Below, in pieces: positions 45,731 through 57,411 of a stretch of DNA of 64,000 nucleotides; position 1 is the stretch's first letter; each line of letters begins with the position of its first letter. The notes beneath the pieces were generated by a model that was not told the origin of the DNA, did not search any database, and saw nothing but the letters and a program-made list of their open reading frames with translations. The DNA is from Adineta vaga. Its lineage: Eukaryota; Animalia; Rotifera. The translations under genes were made by a program, and so were the position numbers. The stretch lies in contig CP075493.1 in assembly GCA_021613535.1 (NCBI GenBank), forward strand, positions 1,302,001 through 1,366,000. Direction: 5' to 3'.

Positions 45731-46498
45731 ATGTATCATGCAGATGTACAGAGGCAAGTTAATAGGAGATCGTCGGAGGACGAAGACGATATATGGTATT
45801 GTTTGGCTGTTATATTTTCTTTTATCGATTTAATTCCATTCTTTTGTTTATTACCGTTATCTTCACCGCTATCAAACAAGGCACCTCTTCGTCTAAAATT
45901 CCCTTCACAATATAATCAAACATGGTCTCAACTGTTTGATAATTGTTCATATGAACGAAACTCAAGTGGAAACTATACAATCGTTTGTCATACAGCTATT
46001 GAACCAGTATCAGTTTTCTTCTTAACTGCAGCTTTTGTTCTCGGTCTGGCCCTTCTTTTATTCAATATATTCACAGTGACTCGAAAGCTCACACGAAACG
46101 AACTCATTACTCGAACCGTTATTCATATGATCTACGCTTTGACACTTTTTACAACAGCACTTACCTGTACTCTCGTACGATATGGGTGTTCCAATTGTCA
46201 AGATTTTCTTTTTTGTTCTTGTATACCGATTCCAACAACATTATGTATGGCTTATAATTGGTACGACGATGGTGAACAAATACCTCCACATCGGCAAACA
46301 TCCGTAGAAAATCAATTGTTTCCACTTAGACCTAATACTTCTAATCCTTTATCGATCTATTCTGGAAGGATAGTTTCGAGTCAACAACCTCAATTGTCAT
46401 TATCAATTCCTCGTTCTCTACCAGAAAATAATGCTGATCCTCAATTAGAGAATGAGTATAATGAATGGTTAGAAGCTCAACAACGTCACAATCAGTGA
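45731..46498 (+). CDS. Multi-pass membrane protein of unknown function (255 aa), Cys-rich
   Basis: Intact ORF with three or more hydrophobic segments; AATAAA just downstream. Confidence 0.65.
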   Translation: MYHADVQRQVNRRSSEDEDDIWYCLAVIFSFIDLIPFFCLLPLSSPLSNKAPLRLKFPSQYNQTWSQLFDNCSYERNSSGNYTIVCHTAIEPVSVFFLTAAFVLGLALLLFNIFTVTRKLTRNELITRTVIHMIYALTLFTTALTCTLVRYGCSNCQDFLFCSCIPIPTTLCMAYNWYDDGEQIPPHRQTSVENQLFPLRPNTSNPLSIYSGRIVSSQQPQLSLSIPRSLPENNADPQLENEYNEWLEAQQRHNQ

Positions 46499-46773
46499 AT
46501 TTGTTATTTCAATATTTCAATAAAAATAATAACTTCTAATCTTGAGGGTATGGATAAGGAAGAATACTTCCACCGTTACCCTCGAAGATTTTTGTTCTCG
46601 TTATTCTGTTATTCAGAATGTATTTCGTTTTCTTTTTTCTTCTTTTTTTAGTTGAGCCCAAGAGCAAAGTTAGGCAGGCACGAAACATAACAAAGATGGA
46701 GGTCCGCAATGTACAAATGAGTATAAACTATAAGAGTGACGTTATCTCTCATTCTCATTTATCCATTAATATT

Positions 46774-48413
46774 ATGGTTACTTTCTTCAACGATTTAGCA
46801 GATTTATCCTTGCTAGAAATCTTTTCTTATTTATCTTGTGTAGATGCTTTGTGGGCATTCTCTAATATCAATATTCGTCTAACAAGATTATTGAGCGAAC
46901 GAGGCTTCTATTATCATGTTAATTTATCATATACGCGATATCAGCAGTTCAAAACATTTCTATCATTACTTCGATTCGATGAAATTCAATTACTTTTCAT
47001 TGATGTCACATGGCTTTCCTCTATGAACTTTATATGCATGAGGAAAAAGTTTGACTTTAGTTGAAGACAACATTTGATGATTAACTAACCGTGTTCTATG
47101 GAACAATATTGTAATGAACGTGAGAAGAGAAGTGTCTGTGAGACAATGGTGCAGACTTACTTGGCTCCTTCACGTAACAAGCTGTTCTTTATCTATAAGA
47201 TACACGCTTATATAGACAACGGAGAACGATGGATATCGGTCACGCTTGCATAGACGAGTTACAGGTCATATACAGGCCAGAATATAGCAATATCTCATTA
47301 CACATGCATTTACCTTTGCTAAATCATTCAGTTGGCATTGCTATTGCGAATGACTATTCATTGATCGGCTGACATCTTCTAAAATTATGCCTACTTTAAG
47401 ACGAATCAATTTTGCTCTCTGAATTAATTATACTAATCTCATTGAAATGAAAGATTCAGCACTTTTCATAGACTTTCGTTATATCGATGTTCATTATACT
47501 TTTATTGTCGTTACTCATCCTTAGCGTTCACATGTAAAATTCCTTAACTATGTACCACGTGGTAGTCAATCTCATCCTCATGAAATAATCCATGCAACAT
47601 TGATTTCTGATCTTTGGTTTAATGATGATCAACCATTTACAACTCTGAACTTTCATTCTGATTATTTTGGTGCTAAGCTATTTACTCATATATTTTTTCT
47701 TTTAGACGCGACTACCTAAGCTTCTCTAACATCTCTTCTACACTTTACCATTGGTTTTCGATGAATTTTTCCAATTATATATTCCAGACAGATTTATCAG
47801 TGAATTAGAAACATTTGTGTTTCCTGCAATTAGTAAAAATGATGTTTATCATGTGATTAAATTGAATATGTCAGATAATCTTGCATCATGTGTAACGTTC
47901 ATCTCTCATATAATGTCTCCAAATAACACAGTGGAACTTGATTAATTTCAATGTAATAGACAAATGTCAATGAATTTACCCAATGTTTCTCATCTTAATC
48001 TTATTGATAGTTTGGATTCATTACATTATTCGTCACTTTCATTAAATATTCGATCCATTCAAATTATTCTTCATTATGAGTTTCTTCATTTTGCAACTGA
48101 TGATTGGTCTAGTTTACGTGCACTTTCAACTCTACCATTGTTGAAATCTCTACATATACTTTTATATGGTATGCATATACCTCCGAATAGTAAAAGTTCT
48201 CAGATCATTGCAGAAACAGCATTACTTCTATCGGATTTCTCGTTATGTTTTCGCAAGATCTATTGTCTGAACTCATGTGATATTACTTCAGCATACAACA
48301 AACATTCGTTATTCATCAAACGACTACGGAAACGCATTCTCGCTTTATCATTAGATGGAGAACGATATATTTCTGTTGAAAAAGATGGGTGTGGTCTAAT
48401 CGTATGGTTCTGA
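46774..48413 (+). pseudogene. F-box gene disrupted by an insertion/deletion and stops
   Basis: MVTFFNDLADLSLLEIFSYLSCVDALWAFSNINIRL F-box; frame breaks at 47004; C-terminus EKDGCGLIVWF. Confidence 0.75.
47004..47302. mobile_element. Possible solo-LTR-like insertion
   Basis: ~300-bp non-coding block with TGTCA...TTACA ends and TATA-like motifs, interrupting the F-box frame; no TSD. Confidence 0.35.
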
Positions 48414-49269
48414 TTAAAAGTTGTATTTGAAATATTTTCACGTGCTATGTTTGACAATCGAATTCTGACATATTTGATTATTTACTTAAGAAGTTAAGCT
48501 CAATTTCTCTTCAGATAGCTCTGAATTATCAATGTACTTTGATTTCTTCTCCTGATCGGACGAAGTATCTCACAAGTACTTCTCACCCTTCAAAATCAAT
48601 TGAAACACTTTCGAAAAATCATAAAGATGATTATAGAATTGTGCACAATTCAAGTAAAAAATTACCAGCAATTTGTTGGACATCATTTAGATTTCTTGCT
48701 GGCTTATTAGGAAATAAAATTATGATGTCAATTGCAAAAATAATCGTTTTTCTGTAATAAACATTTGAACATCAAAACATTTTCAACATCAGTTTTCAGT
48801 TCTATCCGAAAACAAAACTATGTCTCGTATATTTATTATATTAAAAAAAGTCAGTGAAATAAATATTGAATGATAGAAAAAAATATTGTTCTGGTACATT
48901 TTTTCAAAGTTTGTATGAAAAATCCAAGTATTACCCTTTTCATAGAATCGAAATACGATTGGCGCATTTTAACCAATCAGATATTGTCTTAATGATCTCA
49001 TAATCATTGATATACAGCAATAATAAACTTTTGAATTGATGAAAAACTTTCGTTTGAATGACATAATAACTGAAATTTTCAAATTTAAATATTCACGAAT
49101 CCACACATACTTTACATGTTGAGGACTTCGAACATCTTCAATGAAAACAGTTTGTTCTGAAGCAATTCTTTCATATATAGATAGAGCTCCAAATGGAATC
49201 AACTAAAATTACTAAAATATTTCTTTTTTTAGAAAAAGTTATTTTTTCCTCCAAAAAATTCCATCTGTA

Positions 49270-50627
49270 ATGTCGTCATCTCGTTCATCAAGTGTTTCGT
49301 CTGCATCCGGCGGATCAATATCATCAAAAACAGCACAAGATGAAAGCATCGCTAGTGATCTTGTTGTTACGAAATATAAAATGGCATCGGAAATAACTCA
49401 ACGTGTTCTACGTGAAGTTATTGATCGTTGTGTTCCAGGTGCATCAATTAAAGATACATGTATTTTCGGTGATAAACGTTTAGATGAAGAAACATCACGT
49501 GTTTACAAAAAAGACAAAGATGTTAAGAAGGGCATCGCATTTCCAACATGTTTATCTATCAATAATTACATTTGTCATTTTAGTCCATTAGTATCTGATC
49601 CAGATATGATATTGAAAGATGATGATGTCGTTAAAATTGATTTAGGTTGTCATATTGATGGATATGTTGCTGTTGTTGCTCATACACTCATTGTTGGTGC
49701 AACACGTGAAAAAAAAGTTACCGGACGACGTGCTGATTGTATTCTTGCTGCATATTATGCTGCTGAAGCTGCTCTTCGTTTAATTAAACCAACAGAAAAT
49801 AATACAGCTGTAACTGAAATTATTGATCGTATTGCCAGTGCTTATCATTGTAAACCTGTTGAAGGTATGAAACAAGAATTTAGATTTCTTGAATATTTAA
49901 GGACAAGTATTTTTTGTTAGGTATGATTTCATATCAAATGACACGTGGTATTATTGATGGAGAAAAGAAAATCTATCAAAACCCAAGTGATATGCAACGT
50001 CGTGAAATTGAAAAACAAGAATTTGCATTACATGAAGTCTATGCTGTTGATGTTTTGGTCTCATCCGGTGAAGGTAAACCACGTGAAACAGATATTCGTA
50101 CAACAGTCTACAAGAAGAAAGAGTTTGTTTATCAACTACGTATGAAATCATCACGTGCATTTTTATCTGAAGTGGAAAAACGTTTTTCATTAATGCCATT
50201 CACATTAAGACATTTCGAAGATGAAAAACGTGCACGTATGGGTGTTATTGAATGTGCAAAACATGATCTTGTTGAACCCTATCCAGTTTATCAAGAAAAA
50301 GAAGGAGAATTTGTTGCTGAATTTAAATTTACACTTCTCTTAATGCCCAGTGGACAAATGAAAATAACCGGTTTACCAATTGATTTAGATTTATATGAAT
50401 CTGAATATAAAATTGATGATAGTGATATTAAGCAATTATTAACAAGTTCAACACAAAAAAAGAAGAAAAATAAGAAGAAGAAGAAAGGAACTGCCGCATC
50501 AGGTGCAACAGCTCTTGACAATGTAGAAGCCGTTGAAGATGACGGTGATGAAGATTTTGAAGATGAACCCGAAAAAGACGCAAAAAAGAAATCAACAAAA
50601 TCAAAGAAAACAAACAAAAAAGCTTAA
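49270..50627 (+). CDS. PA2G4: Proliferation-associated 2G4 / EBP1 (intron 49865-49920)
   Basis: [10 protein letters not shown]...[20 protein letters not shown]...[10 protein letters not shown]; [16 protein letters not shown]; Lys-rich tail. Confidence 0.96.
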
Positions 50628-50908
50628 AATTTTATCAATAAAACTCACTCATCAGTATCCATCATTTGATGAAAAACAAAGAAAAAAAGAAAACAAAACT
50701 TATATTTCTTTTGCTCTTTCTTTTCTTTTCAAAACAAAAACAGTTTCTCATTCATGTTTTTTTACTGATGAGAAGAAATTCTATCTTTGTAGTCTTTCGA
50801 CAATAAAAGAAAACTATTGATTGACATTCAAACATCAAAGAAAAACAATTCAAAACAAAAAAAAATAAGAATATTCATTGTTATTTGTTTGTTTCTAGAC
50901 AATTTTCT

Positions 50909-51467
50909 ATGGATGATCTATTACATGATATCTTTCATTTTGATATTGATACTTATGCCACATTGATTAATGTTCGAGTACAAATTGAATGTCACGGACA
51001 ACGAAATTATTCAGGAAGAGTTTATACTATTGATCCGTTGACACAAAGGTTCGAGTGAAAGAGTTTTAGAATATTCTACAAATTTTATTTCCATTTTTTA
51101 AAGTATTGTTCTCATTGATGATTCATCAAATCGTGTTCATATTGTTCTTCGACCGGATATTATTCAATTGAAAATTCTTGATCGTAATTCATCCGATCAA
51201 TCTTTCAAAGATCCATTTCAACCAACTACCTCTATTTCAATACAAAATGATGAATCGGTTTCTACTCGTCTTGACAATCTGCGTAGTTTTCTTTCATCAA
51301 AACGAATACCATATCAAGAAAAACAAGAAGATAATCAAAGAATTACACTTTTAATTCAAAATGGTCTTGTTCAAATAAATGCTCCATATACATCGGAGAC
51401 AATCATTGGAACAAATGAAATTGTTCTTTCACGAATTAAATTCTTACTTAAACAGATTCTTACTTAA
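50909..51467 (+). CDS. GEMIN6: Gem-associated protein 6 (Sm-like plus C-terminal domain; one intron ~51049-51102)
   Basis: YSGRVYTIDPLTQSIVL; LRSFLSSKRIP; INAPYTSETIIGTNEIVLSRI resembles Gemin6 IDPPY...SNEIILSRV. Confidence 0.8.
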
Positions 51468-51485
51468 CTAATTGATTTTCAGATA

Positions 51486-54400
51486 ATGTTCTCTTTAAAT
51501 AAAAAAATGTTTCTGGCGATATCATCTCAAAGATTATTTTCTCGTTCATCCATTCTTTCGGTATATAAACATAGAATATCTTCAATATCTAGTCATTCAA
51601 ATAATAAACGTCATCGAAGTTCATCACATTCTCATCGAGTGAATTCAAATAGACCAAATAATCAAACGGATACATTACGTCGACTCTTTCAACCGATTGA
51701 TATTAAACCAATGGTTGCAACAGAAAAACTCAATTCATCAACATCGAAAGATTTCGATGCAAATATTGGACAAGAGTTAACTGGTGGAAAAACACTTGAT
51801 CGAAGTAATGACCAATGAAAAAACGAAATAGCATATCAAAGAAAAATCTATTCTTTTTTTTCTTCATTTAGATGCACTTCTTCGTATTATCACAGATTTT
51901 TATCGTCGTGATGAAATCAAAAAATTAGCTTCTGATCAAGGTCTTGATATTCGATTATTTCAAGATGCTTATGTTAGTTTTAGAAAATTTTGTATTCAAT
52001 CAACAGTTTTACCTGTAGATTTACATATTGTTTTAAGTGATATCATTTCTGGATCTGGTACGATTTATTTCTTTAAATTTTCTTCAACGAATTACAATTT
52101 GCTTTTTCTTTCCCAAAGGTCATGCAACGGATATTTTTCCGTATTTTTTACGACATGCACGAGAAATGTTTCCACATTTAACATGTATGGATGATTTAAA
52201 GAAGATAAGTGATCTTCGAGATCCAGCCAATTGGTATCCAGATGCACGAGCTATTCAAAGAAAAGTTATTTTTCATGCTGGTCCAACAAATAGTGGAAAA
52301 GTAGAAAACAATTCACAAATCAACTATATACCTATTTTTTCGAAATTCCTTAGACTTATCATGCACTTCAACGTTATATGAATAGTGAAAGTGGAGTTTA
52401 TTGTGGGCCATTAAAACTATTAGCATCAGAAGTTTTCTATAAAACAAATGCAGCAGTAAAGATATTGACGAATATCTGCATTGAAAAATCTGCTTTTTTT
52501 CTTCAAAATAGGGTACGAAGTGTGATTTAGTGACAGGTGAAGAACGACGGTATGCTGATCCAGAAGGAAAACCAGCTAATCATGTTGCATGTACAGTGGA
52601 AATGACGAATTTAACGACACTTTGTAAGGAATATTTAAGAATGATATCAAATATATAAACTCAATTTTTTTGTATAAATAGATGATGTGGCAGTCATTGA
52701 TGAAATTCAAATGATGCGTGATCCACAACGCGGGTGGGCATGGACACGAGCATTACTTGGTACGTTGACTTTTTTTTGCTTCTTCAAACTGATTCATCGA
52801 ATTGTTCGTTTAGGTATTCAAGCTAAAGAAATACATCTTTGTGGCGAAAGTTCAACAATTAGACTTATTCAAGAATTAATGATAACAACGGGTGATGAAG
52901 TGGAAATTCGAGAATATAAACGATTAACAAAATTAAATTATCAAGAACGAGCATTAGGTAACAAATATATAAATTGATTCTCAGCGATCGAATTCATGAA
53001 TGTATAGATTCATAATATAATATTCGTGGCAGAAGACGATAGAAAGAGAACTATCTAGCTTAACTTACGCTTTGTAGTAATTATTTAGAAACATTTGATA
53101 ATGTCAAACCTGGTGATTGTTTCGTCTGCTTCAGTAAAAATGATATCTTTCATATAACACGTGAATTGGAAAGGCGTGGACATGAAGTTGCCGTTATTTA
53201 TGGTTCATTACCACCAGGTAAATGATCAATTTCATTCTAGATTCTCAATAAAAAATCAATTGTTTCTTTAGGTACAAAGTTGTTACAAGCTCAACGATTC
53301 AATGATCCAAATGATTCATGTAAAATAATGGTGGCAACTGATGCGATCGGAATGGGTTTAAATTTGTATGTTGATTCTTTTCTTGTTTTGTTTTTTTCAA
53401 ATATAATTGATCTATTTGAATCATTTTAGGAGTATAAAACGTATTATATTCTATAGTCTTATGAAACCACAATTGAATGAACAAGGAGAAAAAGAAAAAG
53501 ATACAGTGACAACTTCACAAGCTCTACAAATTGCTGGTCGAGCAGGAAGGTTAGAAAATTTCGTTCAAATTAACATACTTACTGAATGGTATTTCTTTCT
53601 AGATTTGCAAGTGCTTTTCCTGATGGTGAAGTAACGACATTTCGACGTGATGATCTACTTTTATTAAAAGATATTGTTAGTCGACAAGTGGAAACAATCA
53701 AAGTACTAATTTTCATTGAATAAATCACTCTACTATCTCATTTAGCGTGCTGGCCTTCATCCAACTGCTGAACAAATTGAAATGTTTGCGTATCATTTAC
53801 CTAAACATTCACTTTCAAGTTTAATTGTATGTTTTAATCTTAATCAAAGATTCCAATTTCTGAATTGGTTTATTTAGGATATTTTTGTACTTCTATCGCA
53901 ACTAGATGATAGTGTATTTTTTATGTGTAATGTTGAGGATGTGAAATTTCTCGCTGATATTATTGAACATGTTCCATTACCACTCCGTGCTCGTTATACA
54001 TTTTCATGTGCTCCAATTAATAAGAAAATGCCGTTTGTTTGTACAATATTTTTGAAGGTAAGATTTCACTATTCATTTTTGTTTTCAATGAAAAGATTTC
54101 GAATGATTTTTAGTATGCTCGTCAATTTAGTCGAAGTGAACCGACAACATTTGACTGGTTAGCAAAACAAATCAATTGGCCATTTGAAATTCCTAATACA
54201 ATTATGGATTTAGTTCATTTAGAAGAAGTTTTTGATTGTTTAGATCTGTATTTGTGGTTAAGGTAAATAAGGGATATGAAGAACGATTATATTCATATAC
54301 ATTTAATTCTGTTTAGTTTTCGTTTTGCTGATATGTTTCCAGATAAAGAATTAGTTCGAGGAATTCAAGCAGAACTTGATCAAATTATACATGCTGGTGT

Positions 54401-54908
54401 ACAGAATATTGTAAAACTTATTCATCGAACAAATCGTATTGAAGATGCGAAAGATATTGCTGTAACAACAGAGAAAACAGTAGAAGTTGTTGCAGCAATA
54501 AATGAAGAAACCAAAGTCATCGATGGAGCGAAATCTAATGCACCACAAATACGATCAATCATTGGATTAGAAGAAGAGCTCGATGTTGATACAACAAACA
54601 GAACACCTGTTCAGGAAACTAAAACTGAAAAGCAAGCACAATCATTGACGATGAGTACACGTAAAGTTTTACATTCATATTTAAATGCATTAAAAACTCA
54701 AGCAGAAACGCGTGGACATGAATTTAATGAAACAGAAGATCTGATTAAACAATTAATATCAAAAGGTTTACTTAGTCAACGTTCTGTAGATAAACTTGAA
54801 AAACAACTAGCAACATTTAATGATAATGATAAAACGAGTAGTAAAAATCGAGAAACAACAAAAACATTTACAGGTCATGGCACATATAAGAAAGGCAAAA
54901 GAAAATAG
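51486..54908 (+). CDS. SUPV3L1: Mitochondrial ATP-dependent RNA helicase SUV3 (many exons)
   Basis: Presequence-like N-terminus; [24 protein letters not shown]; [23 protein letters not shown]; [11 protein letters not shown]; QIAGRAGR. Confidence 0.96.
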
Positions 54909-55484
54909 TTTTTTTTGTTTTGTTATAATGTTTTGTTTTTTTCTGATAATAAATCAAACTCATTGTAATTGACTTGTATTGGATTTATAAATGATTGAAG
55001 AAGTTTGTTGAACAAACACAATGTAGCAAATGGCATATAATGAATTGATTTGAATGTTGATCTAGGTGATATATGCAAAGGTATCATTGCAGATCTATTT
55101 CTGAATTTATTAAAATAATATAACATGAAGGAAGATCTTAGTAGAAAATGAAACTTTTCTCGTTTTTTTCCTTGAGACAATTCGTATTGTTTTCAGTGGA
55201 ATTAGTGAGATATGTCATGATTTATTAACATAAGAATGAATCTACTTCCAATGATAACTTAATCACGTTCAAAAATATTTGCATTTAGACAAAGGAATTA
55301 TTAAAAAAAACCTTATACATAGAATGAATTAGATACTATAACTATCGCAATTATTCGTGCAGCAAATCATATTGTTCAAAATCATTATCTTTTGAACTTC
55401 GATTGATGATCTCCAAGAAAAAGAAGGTACTTGTCATTTCGAATTTGAACTTTTAGAATTTACTTGATCCCCATATTGAAAGAA

Positions 55485-56420
55485 CGGTTATTCCCTTTTC
55501 TGAAAGAAAGGGTTATACGCTTCTTAAATAGGGTCGTTAAAATGCTTAAAGTTTGTTTGTTTGTCCAAGCCAATCAGGTCAAAGCAGCGTATAAATCGAT
55601 GAAAACTTACCCGATCATCGGACAACGATTCGTCATATGTAATCGAGATCGAGGAATATGAATCTTGGGTTCCTTTCCCAAAAATATTTTTCTATGAACC
55701 ATAATTAATTGATTGTTATTTCTTATTTGTCTAATCCAGTCAGATTGCAGCAATATAAAAATTCATGAAAATTTACTAATAATCATCTTCATATGATTTA
55801 CCCAAAAGTAATCGAAGCCGAGGATTTCAAATCTGATGTTAGCTTTTCATAATTCTAATCAATTATTATAATTATTTCGAAATTGAAAATAACCTGTTAT
55901 TAAGCATAAAAGAAAAAATTCTGACTGTGAATTCTTTAATAAAGCTACTGAGTTCATTGAAGAAATGTTTTTTCAGTAGAAGTTGAGGGTGTGAGTCTGC
56001 AAGGGAGAAAAAGCGGATCCTGGACACCCAAATCCTATCAAACTTTCGGGCCCTCGTGGCTCCCCATAAATCCTGGCATCTCAAAAAAGCTGACTCTCGT
56101 GAATCCTGAAAGATACTCATGGGTTATCATTGGTCATCATGAACTGTGTGATCGCAGGAACTATGAGGATCCAGGATCCGCCTTTTCCCCTTGTGTGGAT
56201 CTATGTATGTGCGTACTCTGTCAAGGAACACTTACATTCACACCTTATTCCTTCCACAGAAAGGAGCGTCATATGGAAAAAAGTTTCTGTGCGCTTTTGT
56301 GCCAGTGTCAAAGGTCAAAAAACCATTTTCTTCAAGACTGTCTTAAACATCGGAAACCGAGAGTAGATTAAGAGTAGGATGATAGATAGGTGGGGTCAAT
56401 GTGAAGGATCAAGGGTTAAA
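55485..56420 (+). repeat. Dispersed repeat / probable transposon remnant, related to 26330-27075
   Basis: Shared 5' segment including a CCAAT box; GC-rich body; ends near GGGTTAA. Confidence 0.5.
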
Positions 56421-57411
56421 AGTTAAAGGCTGCACAAGATCAAAATATTGCTCTACCCTTTAGTACGAGCTAAGTACGCGCTTTCGATAGATATAATACG
56501 AGATTACAATCAGTCGGTCGTTATTTATTCATAAAATCATTAAAACTTTAGTAATATTGAAATAGAAACTATTGATCATTCTAGAGATGATAATTCAATA
56601 AACGAACACATAGGTAGAATCTAACCCGTAGCAGGTTTGAGAAAAATAAAGTAAAGTAAAATTTGTCTAGTTTGAACACTATTGGAATTAATGAAAAAAC
56701 GTAGGGGAATAAGCAAATCATATAAGAACATCTTAGAGCTACGATGGCATAGACATGCAACAGTCTCAGTTAACTCGGTGAGAGTCAGACTCGAACTTAG
56801 TTTATACTTTCATGTGTTTTCTTTTGCTTTTGAGAATATTTGATACACCAGCAATTGTTCATACAAAAAATTTATCTCGCACATCACGATAAGATGAACC
56901 GGCTTTGTTTTCTTCAATTCAATTAATTTTCTTGTTAAGATCTTTAAGGATAGACGTATTTGAAATAAAAATTGCCTTACGTCGAACTAATAGAATGAAA
57001 TTAGTTTATAAGGGTATGGAGCGTGAGCGTGAAAAGTAGAGACTATCGGTATCTACCCTCAAAGATTTCCTTTTCTGATTGAACTTTTGTTGAATATCAC
57101 ATGCAAAAATATCCTTTCTTAAAACGAACTCTTTTGTAAAACTAAAAAATTACTAATGAAAAATACGTATCTTGAGTGTATATTGACACTGATAATCACA
57201 AACGTCAGACGAAACTCCACTCAATACATACGTTAACGCCATCTTTCTGCATAAAAGAACTATTCGCTTTTGTTGAAATCGTCAGATTTCATTATCTTCT
57301 TCAAAAAACAAAAATACAATACTATCAGTAAAGCGAATTTCTTTTCATAACAAACAAAATATATTCAATAGCTTGTATTCTCAACAAACTTTTGTGGAAT
57401 TTAAAGCGAAT

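Noticed and set aside
49945-50820. Several overlapping or antisense ORFs over PA2G4 (and similar ones over ANP32, DDI1, innexin, RIOK2 and SUV3)
   Set aside because: Shadow frames of real genes or of low-complexity sequence.
55991-56371. Cys-rich ORF as a piggyBac transposase tail (GGGTTAA nearby)
   Set aside because: Cys spacing is unconvincing, there is no matching TTAACCC left end and no DDD core.
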